Source: the human T2T-CHM13v2.0 reference genome, Homo sapiens. Taken from it: DNA of 64,000 nt. The translations under genes were made by a program, and so were the position numbers. Positions 15,215-29,514 of the stretch are shown piece by piece (position 1 is the first letter of the stretch; every line of letters starts with the position of its first letter). The stretch lies in assembly GCF_009914755.1 (NCBI RefSeq), contig NC_060928.1, one strand, 5' to 3'. A model generated the notes under the pieces. It ran no database searches. It had not been told where the DNA came from and was given only the letters and a program-made list of their open reading frames with translations.

Positions 15215-17535
15215 AGAATCGTGATCTGCTCCATAGCTGCTCTTTGGAGGGCTCTGGGGCCGGGGCTTGGCAGGTGGGAACATTTCTGCAGTTGACCCTG
15301 GCTGCCCCGTGTGTGTGTCTCTAGCAGAACCCACGTCAGACATTGCAGTACCGGGTGTCCCTTTGAGATGGTGTGGTGTGCCGGCTGGAGTCAGCTGGCG
15401 ACTCTGACTGTGGCCAACACATTACCACTGCCTTAGTTGCTTCATCAACTAAAGGGGATCATCTCGGACCAGCCTAAGGCCAGTCCTGAGTGAGATGATC
15501 TGTGGTGTGGTCTGTGGTTTTGTCGGGAAACTTTCTTCTCGAATGTGCTGACAGATAGGTATCTTGGTACCATGAGCACAGTTCCTGGTCTCAGAATGCA
15601 GTAACTCAGCGATTGCCCTCAGTGGGAGGAACCTGGGAACTTTGGGGGAGATCTTGTCACTATCCCTTCGGAGGCTGTAGCCATATCGCGGTGTTGCTGT
15701 GGTTAGATTTGTGTGGCGGAACTTCCCCGTGCTCAGACGAGTGTGTTCAACTGTCCCTGCTTATGAACAACACCTGGTACCCGTTCCACGCGGACCTCAG
15801 GATCCATCCAGACATACAGAATCAGAAGCTCAGCGAGAAGGGCCTGAGGATGGGTTTTCAGAAATCTGGGAAACCTTGCTTGAAATGGGTTTGGCCGGGA
15901 AACAGCATGGTGGAAGGAGTGTGGCTTTGGAATTCAACCGACCTGTGCCATGTCCAGCTCTGTGCCCTTGAACAAGTTCCTTCACCTCCCAGTCAGTTTT
16001 CTCACCCCTAGAACCGTGCGCGGAGGAGCGTGGCCCGTGTGCCCATTATGCTGTTGACGAACGCCACACGCTCACCTTTGTCCTCGCACGTTCTGTCTCC
16101 GCTGCCTCACCTGAGAAGTGGGGATAATGAGCCCTTCCTTCCGTGGCAGTGGGGATTAAAATGGGTTAGCATGTGAGAAATTTAATGCAGATCCAGACAC
16201 GTAGTAAACTTTTAAGTATGAGTTGCTTGTGGCGATCATGGCCACGTTGCTCTTTCTGCCGCCGTTGTGATTCAGCTGACTGAGCTGTGTATATTGGATT
16301 CTCTTCCCCTTTGAAAGGAAGCATCGTTGGTTATGCAATTTCTAGATCATTTCTAAAGCTACCGTTTCTTGGAAGTCATACTCAGCTTTGTGCTGCAGGA
16401 AACAAGTGTCTCTTCTTTTATTCCTTGGTTCCTTATCCTCGTTGTGATGGCTGTGACATTGTTATTGTGAGCCTCTCTGAACTACCTTTGGGAAGATAAT
16501 GGAATATAATGAAAAATGACTTAAAACAAGTGATGACATGGGCAGAGTCTAGGGTTATTTTGTCCTAGAGTCTTAAAAATGTTAGAGAAGAGTTTCCATG
16601 TAGAGTTCCTTTGAGGGGAAAGGGTTTCTGTGCCAGAATCTTTAGAGCTCACTAAACATTTTACAGGTGAGTAAATGGAGTTACAGTGAATGTTCATCAA
16701 TTCAGCCCAGGGCCTGGCCCACAGCAGGTACCCAGAGGACTGTGGGCATCGTGAGTCTTTGCTGAGGGCAGGGCTGGGGCTAGAGCTGGTCCTCTGGGGT
16801 TCCCAGCCCTGGCTTCTGAGCCATCCTGTTTCCCCACTTTGTCCCCTCACTCTCTTGCCTTCTGGTTTCCTTGTCCTCAGTGAATCAGTCTCTGGGTTAT
16901 GGAAGGACGTGTGAACAGTGTAGTCTAGGAGAACATGCTCGGAGGGAAGGGTGGAGACGGGCAGGGATGACCTTGGCTGCTTGATGAGGTGGGAGCAGGG
17001 GAGTGACAGGAGGGCTGGCCAAGCCTGACCACAGCCTCCCAGAAGCGCAGGCCCGGCTTGCATTTGTCCTTCACCCACACTGTAATGAGCACTTCTGTCC
17101 CAGACTCCAGCCTGAGCTTTAGAGAGAGTCCCTCCCCTTATGGAGCTCATAGTCTGATGGGGCAGACAGATAAGGCATTTCACGGGCTATGGGGGCGGGC
17201 ACAAGTGCTGTTACTGTGGGCGGGGAGGGGGTGGCACCGCAGCCGAGAGTGCTGGTTCAGGAGTTCATGCTGGCTGGGTTTCTCGTGAGTCCTCCTATTT
17301 AATCGCTGTGGGCCTTGGGCAAGTTACCTCTCTGAGCCTTAAGTAGGGGATAAAACTACTGTATAAGGTTAGAGATCAAATAGAGCATTTAACTTCTTGG
17401 CACTCCGGAAGTAGTAGCTTTCTGTGGTTCTAACAGAAACATTATCATTTCTAAAAAATATTTTTTCTAAAGCTTTCTCTAGTTCTCACTCCCATATTGT
17501 GCTTGCTTCAGTCAAGCTCTTGCTGAAGTCAAGAG

Positions 17536-17745
17536 CAGGGTCTCTCCCACTGGCCGATGTTTTGGGGTAGATGCGTCTTTGTTGTGGGCGGCTGTCCTGT
17601 GCATTGGAGGATGCCTTACAGCTTCCCTGGCTCCGACCCACGGGATGCCAGCAGCACTCCCCAAGTTGTGAGAGCCAAAAATGTCTCCAGACATTGCCAG
17701 ATACCCCAGGGAGGGGCTGACAGAATCACCCAGCCTTTGAGAATA
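17536..17745 (-). mobile_element. MER20 (hAT-Charlie DNA transposon)
   Basis: gtcctgtgcattg...gatgccagcagcac...ccaaaaatgtctccagacattgcca matches the recalled MER20 reverse complement. Confidence 0.85.
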
Positions 17746-18476
17746 AGTGTTGGGATTTGCTTCTTTGAAGGAAATTTACTAATGTAATTTGAGGACGATT
17801 TTCATTTGTGTAGAAGAGTGGGACCATGTTAAGGGATCATATGAGCCCAGTGTAGATTAACAGTATTTATTTAGAAACCCAGACAGCAAGTGTAAGAGAA
17901 AGTCAGTAACATGCTTGTGGTGGGTTTATTTTCCACAGAAGATAGGGTTGGGCTTTGTGAAGCCAGGGGTTTAATCTCCTAATCCACATTGGTCTGGAAG
18001 TTGAGAATTAGATTTGACCAAGTACATCGTCTCTTGTGTAGCCCCTTTACGGATCTCTCAGATAATCTGAGTGCCCTTTGCTAAGGAGAAGTGTTTGAAC
18101 TGCATTGAAGGATCAGGAGCTTGCCCAGTGAAGGTGTGGGGCAGAGGGAACAGCTTGTGGCAGGCTGGGAGGTGGGGGCACCTGGCTGTGTTTAAAGAAC
18201 TGGAATGATGGATTTTTCCGGACCACTTCCCGACCTGGCTGGGAGCTCCTTGGGGGCAGAGCCTGTGTCTGGTTCACCCTGGCACCAAGTGTAATTCACA
18301 GGCAGAGAAGAACATTGGTGGTTGAGAGCAGGGGCTGCTCTGACCCAAGTTTGAACCTCAGTTCTGCCATTTTTGTACTGTGTGATCTTGAGGAGGTCAC
18401 TTAGCCCCTGCGATCACCAGTGTGTACTTGAGTGACATGGGGTAATGGCACCTCTTGTAAACAGTTAATATGAGGG

Positions 18477-18618
18477 GGCCGGGTGCGGTGGCTCATGCCT
18501 GTAATCCCAGCACTTTGGGAGGCTGAGGTGGGCAGATCACCTGAAGTCAGGAGTTTGAGACCAACCTGGCCAACATGGTGAAACCTCATTTCTACTAAAA
18601 ATACAAAAATTAGCTGGG
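18477..18618 (+). mobile_element. AluS left arm only
   Basis: Alu consensus stops just after the A-rich linker. Confidence 0.9.
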
Positions 18619-20441
18619 TTTCTGTATCCTGCACTGAAAGCTGACTAATTCAAGTAAGTACCGTGAGTTTTCATTTACATGTGAGGAAACTGAGGCAAGG
18701 GGTGGTTAAGTGGTTTGTCCAAGGATACAGGGAAATAGGAACAAGTTCATGCTTCTGAGGGTTGTTGGGATTAAATGGGGAGGGAATGTACATACATGGG
18801 ACGCACTGGGCACATCGCAGCATATTAATGTCTAGTCTATGTTTTTATGTTGCCTGACTGTAATTTACTCCTGCTTTGGCCATCTTAGAATTAGCTCTAG
18901 TGACCTGAGATGGAACATTGTAACTATGCCTTTTCTGTGCAAACAGTTTGTTAATATTGCTGGTGACTTTGCCCTGGCATTATGGATATACAGATGGCAC
19001 CTGCTATGCACCTGCGTTGCTGCTGGTGTGTATGAGCTTGTATGTTGCTGTGATCCTGAGAGGGAGTGCTGGGTGGTGGTCTCTTGATGTCACTGTTTGC
19101 TGGTGTGTGGTCCTCGGTAAGGCAGGTGCTCAGTCTCTCTGGGGCTTAGTGTCCTTGTTTGCAGAACGAGCTGAGGGGTACGTACTTTACATTAGAGTTG
19201 CGGCGATGAAAGGACCATTCTAATCAAGGTGTTGGGCTGCAGTTGTCAGGGAGTAAGGAAGCAAGAAGATTCGAAGGTGGGCAGACTAGTGCTGGAGGCC
19301 ACTGGGTCAGTCCCTCTACTGTGTGATGAGGATCTGGAGAGAGATGTGAACAAAGCAGCAAAGCCCGTTGACAGCTCAGAAAGAAGTAACAGGGCTGAGA
19401 TGCCAGCTGGCCTTCGAAAGTGCTGTCCACCCGCCTGAGGGTGGAGGTGGTGAGGGATCAGCTTGTGCAAAGTCATGGGGGCAGGAGAGAGCCCAGCCTT
19501 CCTGGGAAGGTGCCGTAGCATGAGGCGCTCAGGAGGGGCAGGGGTAGGAGGGGAGACCACAGAGATGGTAGACGCCCAGATGGGGCAGGACTTTGAGGAC
19601 GACATTTAGTCTCAAGACTCAAAGCCTGTCACAGCCAGACTGCATAAGATGAAAGTCTGCACAGGAGCGGATGGGCTGCCTTGATGAGAATGAGTTAAAC
19701 TGTTAGCTGGATAGAGTTGAGATGAGCAGCTCCCTTTGGAGAATGCAGTTGCCCTGTTCTGAGCTCAGCTTCTGGGCCAGGCACTTCTGTCGCTTTCTAA
19801 AGCATTTCACAGCTCACTGGAGACAGACTCAGAAAGGCTAACTGCACAGACTGCAGAGCTGCGATTTGAACATTCACTTGTTAACTCCAAAGTCCATGCT
19901 GTTTCTAAAAAAGACAACACCCTGTCTCTTGTAACATGTGTAACGTGATCAGAAAGGGGGAAGTGCGGGGCTGGGAGAGCAAAAGGAGATGAATGAGAAA
20001 TCAGAGGTGCAATGGTGATTTTGCAGGGCAGTGTTGGAACTGTGATGCTCTGCAAAAGGGAGGAAGCGAGCAGAGCTCTAAGCCGGGTCAGGGTCTAGCT
20101 GGGTGGCGTCTGTCCGGGCACTGAAGCTCCTTGGTGGGAAGACGGTTGGAGAATTGCTTCTTGAGCCATCGCGGGCCAGCAGGATGAGAATGCCTTTTCC
20201 TCCTCCAGTTACTCCAGGCATTTGAAAGTGTGGGAGTGAGGCTGGAGTCAGCCGTTTGTCACGGGGCCTGCTGCTGGGTTGGTGGCCTTTGTGGGCTGGC
20301 CATCGACAGGGGAGGGAGATACAGTAGAATCACTGCAGGTGCCTCCTGGAGGCCTTGAGCCAGAGAGAAGCAGAAAGGACTTTAGCAAGCAAGGAACTCG
20401 TAGGATGGTTCCCATTATTCCTCACTAAAAGTCTATGAGGG

Positions 20442-20737
20442 GGCCAGGCGCAGTGGCTCACGCCTGTAATCCCAGCACTTTGGGAGGCTGAGGCGGGCAG
20501 ATCACTTGAGGTCGGGAGTTGGAGACCAGCCTGGCTAACATGGCGAAACTCCATCTTTACTAAAAATACAAAAATTAGCTGGGCTTGGTGGTGGGTGCCT
20601 GTAATCCTAGCTACTTGGGAGGCTGAGGCAGGAGAATGGCTTGAATCTGAGAGGTAGAGGTTGCAGTGAACTGAGATAGTGCCATTGCACTCCAGGCTGG
20701 GCAACAGAGTGAGACTCCATCTCCAAAAAAAAAAAAA
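20442..20737 (+). mobile_element. AluS
   Basis: Dimeric Alu. Confidence 0.93.
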
Positions 20738-20781
20738 CCTGTGAGGGGTCTCAGTGATTTCGGAAACTGGCCTTTGTTTAA

Positions 20782-21123
<342 letters not shown>

Positions 21124-22003
21124 TCACTCTGGGTCGTCTGACACTGTTTTGATTCCCCCATCCCGAGGGATTAAATTCCCTGGCTGTGTGTTTTTGTACC
21201 AGGTGGATTTTCAGCAGATTGATTACCTCTCGATTGCAGAATGTCTGCACTTCTTTTCCAGCCACTGGTTTACACAGCTGGGTTCTTACCAAGCATTGAT
21301 TCAGCACCTGGGAGGTCACTGGTAACCTTGACCCGAGACGTTTCTTTAAATCTGGGTGAGCTTCAATTTGAGGTTGTGGTTCATGTCTGGAAACATGCAG
21401 CTGATGGTGTCACTGCACACATGGTTGAAAGGAGCCATAGGACGCCAGCTGTGTATGTGCTGGACACACACAGGAGGTTGTCTGGTTACTACTGTAGATG
21501 CCGTCTGCAGACCTGCCAGTGGTCCAGCCACGTTCAGAAAGAACAGCTGTGCTTGTAAGGGTGTGCTGCTTCCCTGTGCTTTCCTGGGCTTTGTTTTCTT
21601 TTGGCAGCAAATCACAACCATAATGATCCATTTTTTGAGTGGCTGCTGTGTACCAAGCAGTGTGCTAGGTTCTTAAATATGTTTCTCATCATACATTCTT
21701 TAAAAAAAAATTGACTGAGCACCTGCCATATGCCAAGGCACTGTTCTAGGTGCTTGGGATTCATTTGTGAACAAAACAGAGCCCCTGTCCTCGCAGAGCT
21801 TAAGTTCTAGCAGAGGGTGCTGATGGTAAACACAGTGAGTAGATGGAGGATATGTGTTGGCAGACTTAAGAGCTACGGAGAAAGCCAGCAAGCAGAGGTG
21901 GTACGAGGTCCTGGGAGGAGCGGAGAAGACAAGTTACACAATGAATAGACTGGTCAGGATAGGCCTGAAGGAGAAGAAGAGATTGAAGCAAAGACTTGAA
22001 GGT

Positions 22004-22315
22004 GGCCAGGCGGGTGGCTCACGCCTGTAATCCCAGCACTTCGGGAGACCAAGGTGGGCAGATCACCTGAGGTTGGGAGTTCAAGACCAGCCTGGCCAAG
22101 ATGGTGAAACCCTGTCTCTACTAAAAATACAAAAATTAGCTGGGTGTGGTGGCATGCACCTGTAATCCCAGCTACTCGAGAGGCTGAGGCAGGAGAATTG
22201 CTTGAACCATTCGGGCTTGAACCCTGGCAGAGGTTGCAGTGAGCCAAGATTGCCGCCACTGCACGATCTTGGGCGACAGAGCAAGACTCTGTCTGGAAAT
22301 TAAAAAAAAAAAAAA
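22004..22315 (+). mobile_element. AluS
   Basis: Dimeric Alu, TSD aaagacttgaag. Confidence 0.92.
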
Positions 22316-22540
22316 GACTTGAAGATGTCAGTGACAAAGTTAACCAAGCAGGTACTTGGAAGGAGAGTGATCCAGCAAGGGAGAAGGATGCAGGCAGGCC
22401 TGATGCATTTGAGCACAGATGCCCTGGGGATGGACAGAGAGAAGGAAGGGATAGGGTCAGTGGGACCAGATTCTGTATGGGCATGTAGGCCACTGTGTGA
22501 TGTTGGCTTTGACTTAGACTCAGTGGGGAGCCACTGCAGA

Positions 22541-22705
22541 ATTTTTGTCTTTTCGAGATGGGGTCTTGCTGCATTGGCCAGCCAGGAGTCCAGTGGCCAT
22601 TCACAGGTGCAGCCATAGCGCAGTGTGGCCTTGAACTCCTGGGCTCAAAAGGTCATCCTGCCTCAGCCTCAGAATAGCTGGGCCTACCACACCACTGTGC
22701 CTGGC
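22541..22705 (-). mobile_element. Alu monomer (FAM/FLAM-like)
   Basis: gagatggggtcttgct...gaactcctgggctcaa...cctgcctcagcctc. Confidence 0.7.
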
Positions 22706-22734
22706 TCTACTGCAGAATTTTGAGCAGAGGAGTT

Positions 22735-23645
22735 GCCGTGGTGTTTTGCTGCTGCATAACAAATAACCACACATTTGGTGGCTTGAAACAACATGGCTGT
22801 CCATCATGGTGTGGCTGGGTTCCCCTCGGGCACTTATCAGGATGAAACAGCGTGTTGGCGGCTGTGTCCCCGTCCCAGTCTTGGCTAAGGAATTGTCTGC
22901 TTCCAGGCTCACTGAGGCTGTTGGCAGAGCTCGTTGTGGCTATAAACTGAGCTCATCATTTCCCTGATTGCTGTCAGCTGAGGGTCACTTGCAGCTCCTA
23001 GAAGTCATCCAAATTCTTTGCTGTGTGGCCCCTCCATATTGAAAACCAGCAACAAGGCTTCTTTTGTGTGGAGTCCATCTCACACTCCAAATCTCTTCCC
23101 AGAGAGAACACTGATTGCTTTTAAGGGCTCACTGAAATTGTGTAAGGCTCATTGAGAATTACCTCCCCTCCCCCTCCCCCTCCCCCTCCCCCTCCCCCTC
23201 CCCCTTCCCCTTTCTAGAGGCAGAGTCTCGCTTTGTCGCCCAGGCTGGATTTCACTGGTGCCATCATAGCTCACTGCAGACTCGAACTCCCAGGCTCAAG
23301 CCATCCTTGCACCTCAGCCTCTGGAACAACTAGGATCACAGACGTGCGCCATCACACACAGCTAACTTTTAAAATTTTTTGTAGAGACATGGTCTCACTT
23401 TGTTGCCCAGGCTGGTCTCGAACTCCTAGCCTCAAGTGATCCTCCTGCCTTGGCTTCCCCAAGTGTTGGGATTGAGCCACCATGACCCACTGTGCCTGGC
23501 CTACCTCTGTTTCTTAAAGTCATCTGTGCCATTTGATGTAACCTGATCACAAAGTCACTGTCCCATCATATTCATAGTTTATGCCTGTGTTCAAAGGGAA
23601 GGGTATGAACATCAGGGAAAGGGAATCTCAGAAGTCTGCCTGCCA
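22735..23645. mobile_element. MLT1 (MaLR) LTR split by an AluJ at 23211-23501 (-)
   Basis: gctgcataacaaataaccacacatttggtggcttgaaacaac...ttttaagggctcac...tcccatcatattcatag are MLT1-type motifs. Confidence 0.7.
23162..23210. repeat. (CCCCT)n-like homopyrimidine tract in an Alu tail
   Basis: cctcccctccccctccccctcccc... directly visible. Confidence 0.9.
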
Positions 23646-24316
23646 TAGGAGTAGTGATTTCATTGAGTCCTAAACAGAATGCCCTGAGGTGCTGTACTGA
23701 GAGGAGGCTTCCGGGCAGGGGAAGGGCAGAGCAGGGAGTCTGAGGAGGCTGTTGCAAGAGTCCAGACAAGAGGTGATGATGGCTTCACCTGGGTGGCAGC
23801 TGTAGGGAGGGTGCGATTTGAAGAATGGATGTGGGTGTGGAGAAAAGAAAGGAGTCAAAGATGACTCTGAGACTTTCGGCCTCAGCCAGTGGAAAATAGA
23901 GTTGCCAAGTTGGAGCGAAGATGAGGGGTGGAGTTTGAGACATCTTAGACATTTGCAGGAAGGAGGTGGAGTAGGTGACTAGAGAGGATCCTGGCAGGAG
24001 TGGGGCTGGATGTGAGGTATACATTGACTTGTTGGCATTGGAGGTGGTTTGAAACCAGGTGAGGTCTCCTTGGAAACAGGCGGACAGAGAAGAGGACCAA
24101 GGAGTGAGCCTGAGGCCTGCCGGCACCACGAGATCTGGGAGGAGAGGAGGAAGCAGCAAAAGCGAGAAGGCAGGGCTGGTGAGCTGGGAGGGCACGAGTG
24201 TGGGGTCTGGAAGCTGGGTGCCGGCCCGGTGAGCATGGGTGTCAACAAGGGGAGGGGCAACTGGGCAGAGGTTGCTGAGAGGGCAGGGCAGATGAGGACT
24301 CAGAATTGACTGTTCA

Positions 24317-24566
24317 AGCACTTTGGGAGACCGAGGCAAGTCAGGAGTTCGAGACCAGCCTGGCCAACATGGTGAAACCCCATCACTACTAAAAATACAA
24401 AAATTATCTGGTGTGGTGGCGGGTGCCTGTAATACCAGCTACTTGGGAGGCTTAGGCATGAGAATCTCTTGAACCTGGGAGGCAGAGCTTGCAGTGGGCT
24501 GAGATTGCACCACTACACTCCAGCATGGGCGACAGAGCGAGACTCTGTCTCAAAAAAAAAAAAAAG
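24317..24566 (+). mobile_element. 5'-truncated AluS
   Basis: Alu consensus; flanking agaattgactgtt repeat. Confidence 0.9.
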
Positions 24567-24688
24567 GAAAAAATGAAAAGAATTGACTGTTTAGCAATGA
24601 GGAGGCCATCAGTGACCTTTGAGCAGAGCTGTTTTCGTGAAGTGGTGCAGGCAAAAGCGAAACTGGAGTAAATATTTAAGAGAGAATG

Positions 24689-25002
24689 GGGCCGGCATGG
24701 TGGCCTCACACCTGTAATCCCAGCACTTTGGGAGGCCAGGGTGGGTGGATCACTTTAAACTGGGAGCTTGAGATTGGCCTGGGCAAAATAGTGAGACCCC
24801 ATCTCTACAAAAAAATAGAAAAAATTATCTGGGTGTGGTGGTGTGCACCTATAATCCCAGCTACTTGGGAGGCTGAGGTGGGAGGATCACTTGACCCAGG
24901 AGGTCGAGGCTGCAGTGAGCTGCACATTGTTATCACCAGGGGTCTGCTGCACTGGTCCACTGCAGTGATCGCGCCACTGCATTCCAGCCTGGGTGACAGA
25001 GT
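24689..25002 (+). mobile_element. AluJ with a ~42-nt internal insertion
   Basis: AluJ consensus interrupted at ~24923-24964. Confidence 0.88.
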
Positions 25003-25542
25003 AAGTCCCAAAGAGACTGGGAGAAGAGAAGTTGGAAGCAGTGAGCAGATGATTCTTTTGGTGGCTTTGCTACAGAGTGGAGCAGAGAATGGGGTGATAG
25101 CTGGAGGCAGAAGTGGTGTGATTTTTTTTTTTCCTTTTTTAAGATTGGAGAAATACAGGGTTTTGTTTGTTTGTTTGTTTGTTTTTAATTTGAAAACAAC
25201 CTAGTAAGAGAATAAGAGGTGAACATATCCGGGAGAAGAGAGAATCACTGGAGCTTTGTCCTTGAGTTGCATCTGAAGGAGTGGGATCTAGAGTTCAACA
25301 GAGAAGTGGCTTCAGCTGGGGAGAGTCCAGCGTAGCAGGCGCCTGGGAGAGGATGGGGCACAGGTAGATGGGGAGGAGGGTGCTTGCTCTTGCAGGCACT
25401 CTCGTGCGTGCTCTCTCCCTCTCCTTCCCTCTATCTCTCCCTTTTCCTCTTCCTCCTCTCCCTTTCCCTCTCCCTCTCTCCCCCTTCCATGCTTGTAGTC
25501 TATTGTTTGTAGTGTTGCTTCATTGTTTGTGTGTGAGTGTAC

Positions 25543-25837
25543 TTTTTTTTTTTTTGAGACAGAGTCTCACTGTATTGCCCAGGCTGGAGTGCAGTGGTGT
25601 GATCTCGGCTCAATGCAGTCTCTGCCTCCCAGGTTCGAGCGATTCTCCTGCCACAGCCTCCTGAGTAGCTGGGATTACAGGCATGTGCCACCACACCCAG
25701 CTAATTTTTGTATTTTTAGTAGAAATGGGGTTTCACTGTGTTGGCCAGGCTGGTCTTGAATTCCTGACCTCAAGTGATTCACCCACCTCGGCCTCCCAAA
25801 GTGCTGGGATTACAGGCATGAGCCACCGTGCCCGGCC
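25543..25837 (-). mobile_element. AluS
   Basis: Antisense dimeric Alu. Confidence 0.93.
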
Positions 25838-25869
25838 TGAATATAGATTTTTAATTTCAACATATTTAC

Positions 25870-26700
25870 TTTTTAAAAAATAGACTTTATTTTTTAGAGC
25901 AGTTGTAGGTTTACAGCAAAATTAAGCAGAAAGGATAGAATTCCATGTATCTCCTTTTTACCCTCATGTGCACAGCCTCCCCTCTCATCAGCAGCCCACA
26001 CTGGAGGAGTCCATTTGTTACTGTCGATGAGTGCACACTGGCTGACACATCATTATCACCAGGAGTCCAGAGTCTACATCAGGGGCCACCCTGGGTGCTG
26101 TGCACTCTGTGGGTTTGGACAGGTGTATAATGACATGTATCTGCCGTGGCCGTATCACACTGAGGAGTTTCACTGCCCCCAAATCCTCTGTGATCCACCT
26201 GTCCGTCTCTCTTTTTCTCCTTACCCCTGGAAACTACTGATCTTTTTACTGTCTCCATATTTTTGCCTTTTCCAGAATGCCATACAGGTGGAAATCATTT
26301 TCAGACTGGCTTCTTTTACTTAGTAATGTAAATCCGAGTCTCTTCATGTCTTGATAGCTCATTTCTTTTTAGCACTCAATGATGTTTCACTGCATGTATG
26401 TACCGTAGTTTATCCATTCACTGCTGAAGGACATCTTAGTTGCTTCCAAGTGTTGGCAATTATGAATGAAACTGCCATAATCATCTGTGTGAAGATTTTT
26501 GTGTGGACATAAGTTTTCAGCTCCTTTGGGTAAATACCAAGGCGTGCAGTGGCTAGATTATATGGTAAAGTATGTTTAGTTTTGTAAGAAACCAGCAAAC
26601 TGTCTTCCAAAGGGGCGATACCATTTGACTCCCCCTAGCAATGAATGAGAGTTTCTGTTGTTCCACATCCTCCCCAGCGTTTGCTGTTGTCAGTGGAAGT
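25870..26700 (-). mobile_element. L1M (L1MA/MB-type) 3' end
   Basis: ttttagagcagttgtaggtttacagcaaaatt...tatccattcac...gggtaaatacc...aactgtcttccaaagg; the minus-strand ORF resembles the L1 ORF2 C-terminus (LGIYPKELKTYVHTK). Confidence 0.85.
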
Positions 26701-26772
26701 TCTTGTTCGATTGCTCTGGGTTTTTGTTTTGTTTTGTTTTTGGTGAAGTAGGAAGCAGGGTCTCGAGGATGG

Positions 26773-27385
<613 letters not shown>

Positions 27386-29451
27386 TGGGGTTGTAGCAGT
27401 GGGGATGGTGTGCTGGGTTGGAAGCTGTGTGAAAGCCATCAAGGCGTGTGGGAGAATGGATAGAGAGGGAAGGAAGCGTTGCTGGGGGGCAGCAAGGGCC
27501 CTGCCAGGTGATCAGGGACCAGTCAGCGTGCTGCGCGTCTTTCTCCAGCCATGTTTTTTGCACAGGTACACGTGCAGGGCAGGCTTGTCTTTGAGCTAAG
27601 TGTGTACAGGGAAGGGAGAGAGAGGCAGGGCTCAGGGACGTGTGAGGGTGATTACATTGGGGCATGGATTCTCCGGGCGGTGGAAGGAGGGTGGATTAGA
27701 GAAGCAGGATGGAGACCCTGAAGCCTGGAGGGTAGTGGGGGGTCGTCACCGTGTGGGCGGGGAGGCTCCAGTCACACAGCCGGCTGGGAGTGGAACCTGC
27801 AGGGTCAGTTTCCACCACGTCTGACGTAGGCTCCCCCCGGGGCCGTTGCATTGCTGATTGAGCCGCATCTGGTGAGCCTGGTCCAGGAGTGTTGGAGAAA
27901 GGAAGTGGAGGTCTTCATTCCACTCCTCCCGGGTGCTGGGTGGGGAGAGGGAGGCAGCAGTGCCGTCCCGGGCGTTGTGGTGGTGGGCGCTACTTTGCTG
28001 GGCTGGCCTTGCCGAGACACAGCTTCTTCCCATGGTGTAAGAGCCTCCCCATTTGTGAACAGCACCCCATCCTCAGGGAGAGCTTGTCTGGGGGAGGACC
28101 GTGGGGATCAGCCCTGACTGTTGGCTGTGCAGATCCCTCTTCTGGGGGCTGCCTGGTGGCCCCAGTGCTAGGAGCTGCATGAGACAGTGGTGCCATGCTC
28201 GGCCACCCTGCCCTTGGGTGGACATAACCTCACATGCTCCTCTGGAGAGGGCCAGGCCAGGATAGCAAGGGGGGAAGTCAATGCCAAGAGGAAACATCTG
28301 GGAGGAACAGGGATCGTGGTCACACGAGCGTGAGGCGCCACTTCCTCTTCTTCAGTCCTTGGCCCTCTCCAGGGGATCCCAGCCTCACTCCCAGCTGGCT
28401 GCCCACAGCAGGTGTCCCCTTGGCCTTCCCACCAGGCACCAGCCTGGCAGCTCCCCCTCCCCAGGACCAGGTCTGCAGAGAGGTGGGGCTCGCTCATTCA
28501 GGGACGCCTTCTCACTGCTTCTCTGAGGATCCACATCCCTAGATCATTTCTGCAGATGTTTAGCCACTGCCAGGAAGCCCTCTCCAGCCTCCATGAGAGG
28601 ACCAGCCTTGCCTCGCGGGCCTTCTGTGTGCCTCGTGGATCCCGCATTCACCCAGGGGGCACAGGAGAGATGCCGGGGTGAGCATGTCTGTCACCACAGC
28701 TGTGCAGGGGCTGTGGCTCGGGCTGGCCTCCCAGGGGCCCAGTGTTCCATTGTTTCAGGTCATTGGGTTCCTCCCCTGCAGCCGCACTCTGAAGAGTATC
28801 CGTCCCGGCTGCAGGAGTGGAGATCTGGTTGTGCAGTAGTGCAGCAGCGGCGCCATCCCCCAGGCTCTGTGGGCTGGCCTGAGTGCTGCATGGGAAAGCA
28901 CCGTGGACACCATGGGGAAGAGATGCTAGTGAAACCCTCTCCGGCTCAGCCGGTGGCCTCTTCCTCATCAGCAGTGGACGGCATCCTGGCTCTGCCACCC
29001 ACTCCCTCTGCATCTGGGGCAAGTCGCTTTGCAGACACAGCTTTCCCACGTGTGAAATGCAGAGTTGCGTCAGGCGGTCTCGGCATCTTCCAGCAGGAAG
29101 AACCTTCTGGAATCAGCAGTAGTCCCTGCTGTCCTCCTGCAGGCCTGGAGACCCCTCCTGGAATGGTTTTCCTGCCTGCCTCTTCCTGCTGCATAAATGA
29201 GAAGAATCCACAGGAGCCCCCCCCAGGAAGAATGGCCCCCTTTGCTGTGTGTCGACTCCCAGCTCTGTGGCTGGGGCACCTCTCATGCGCAATGCCACCC
29301 GACCAGGTCCCCCCCAGAAGCATGCGCACCCCTCGAGGGACTGCCTCTCACTTATTGTACGCTGGTGCTCATTAGAACTCAGCAAGTGCTTGCCAGATGG
29401 TTGAATTCAGACGTCATCCCTTTTCTTAGAGATTATCTGCCCGAGGACCCG

Positions 29452-29514
29452 GTCCTGGGGATGTAGTGGTCAGCATACCTGCGTCAGTCTTGGGGATGTA
29501 ACGGTCAACACACC
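29452..29514. repeat. 35-bp period diverged duplication
   Basis: gtcctggggatgtagtggtcagcatacc and gtcttggggatgtaacggtcaacacacc. Confidence 0.75.

Larger units (their letters stand above)
21690..24310. mobile_element. Fragmented L2 LINE interrupted by Alus and an MLT1 LTR
   Basis: L2 3' motifs (tgagcacctgccatatgccaaggcactgttctaggtgcttgggattca; gaaaggagtcaaagatgactc). Confidence 0.65.

Noticed and set aside
16521-17183. 220-aa minus-strand ORF
   Set aside because: Non-ATG start, partly L2/MIR-like sequence, no protein-like features.
26410-26610. ORF resembling the L1 ORF2 C-terminus
   Set aside because: Degenerate fragment of an old truncated L1, not an active element.
28593-29375. 260-aa ORF
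   Set aside because: GC-rich intronic DNA with overlapping ORFs in many frames, no recognisable domain and no convincing splice or promoter context.
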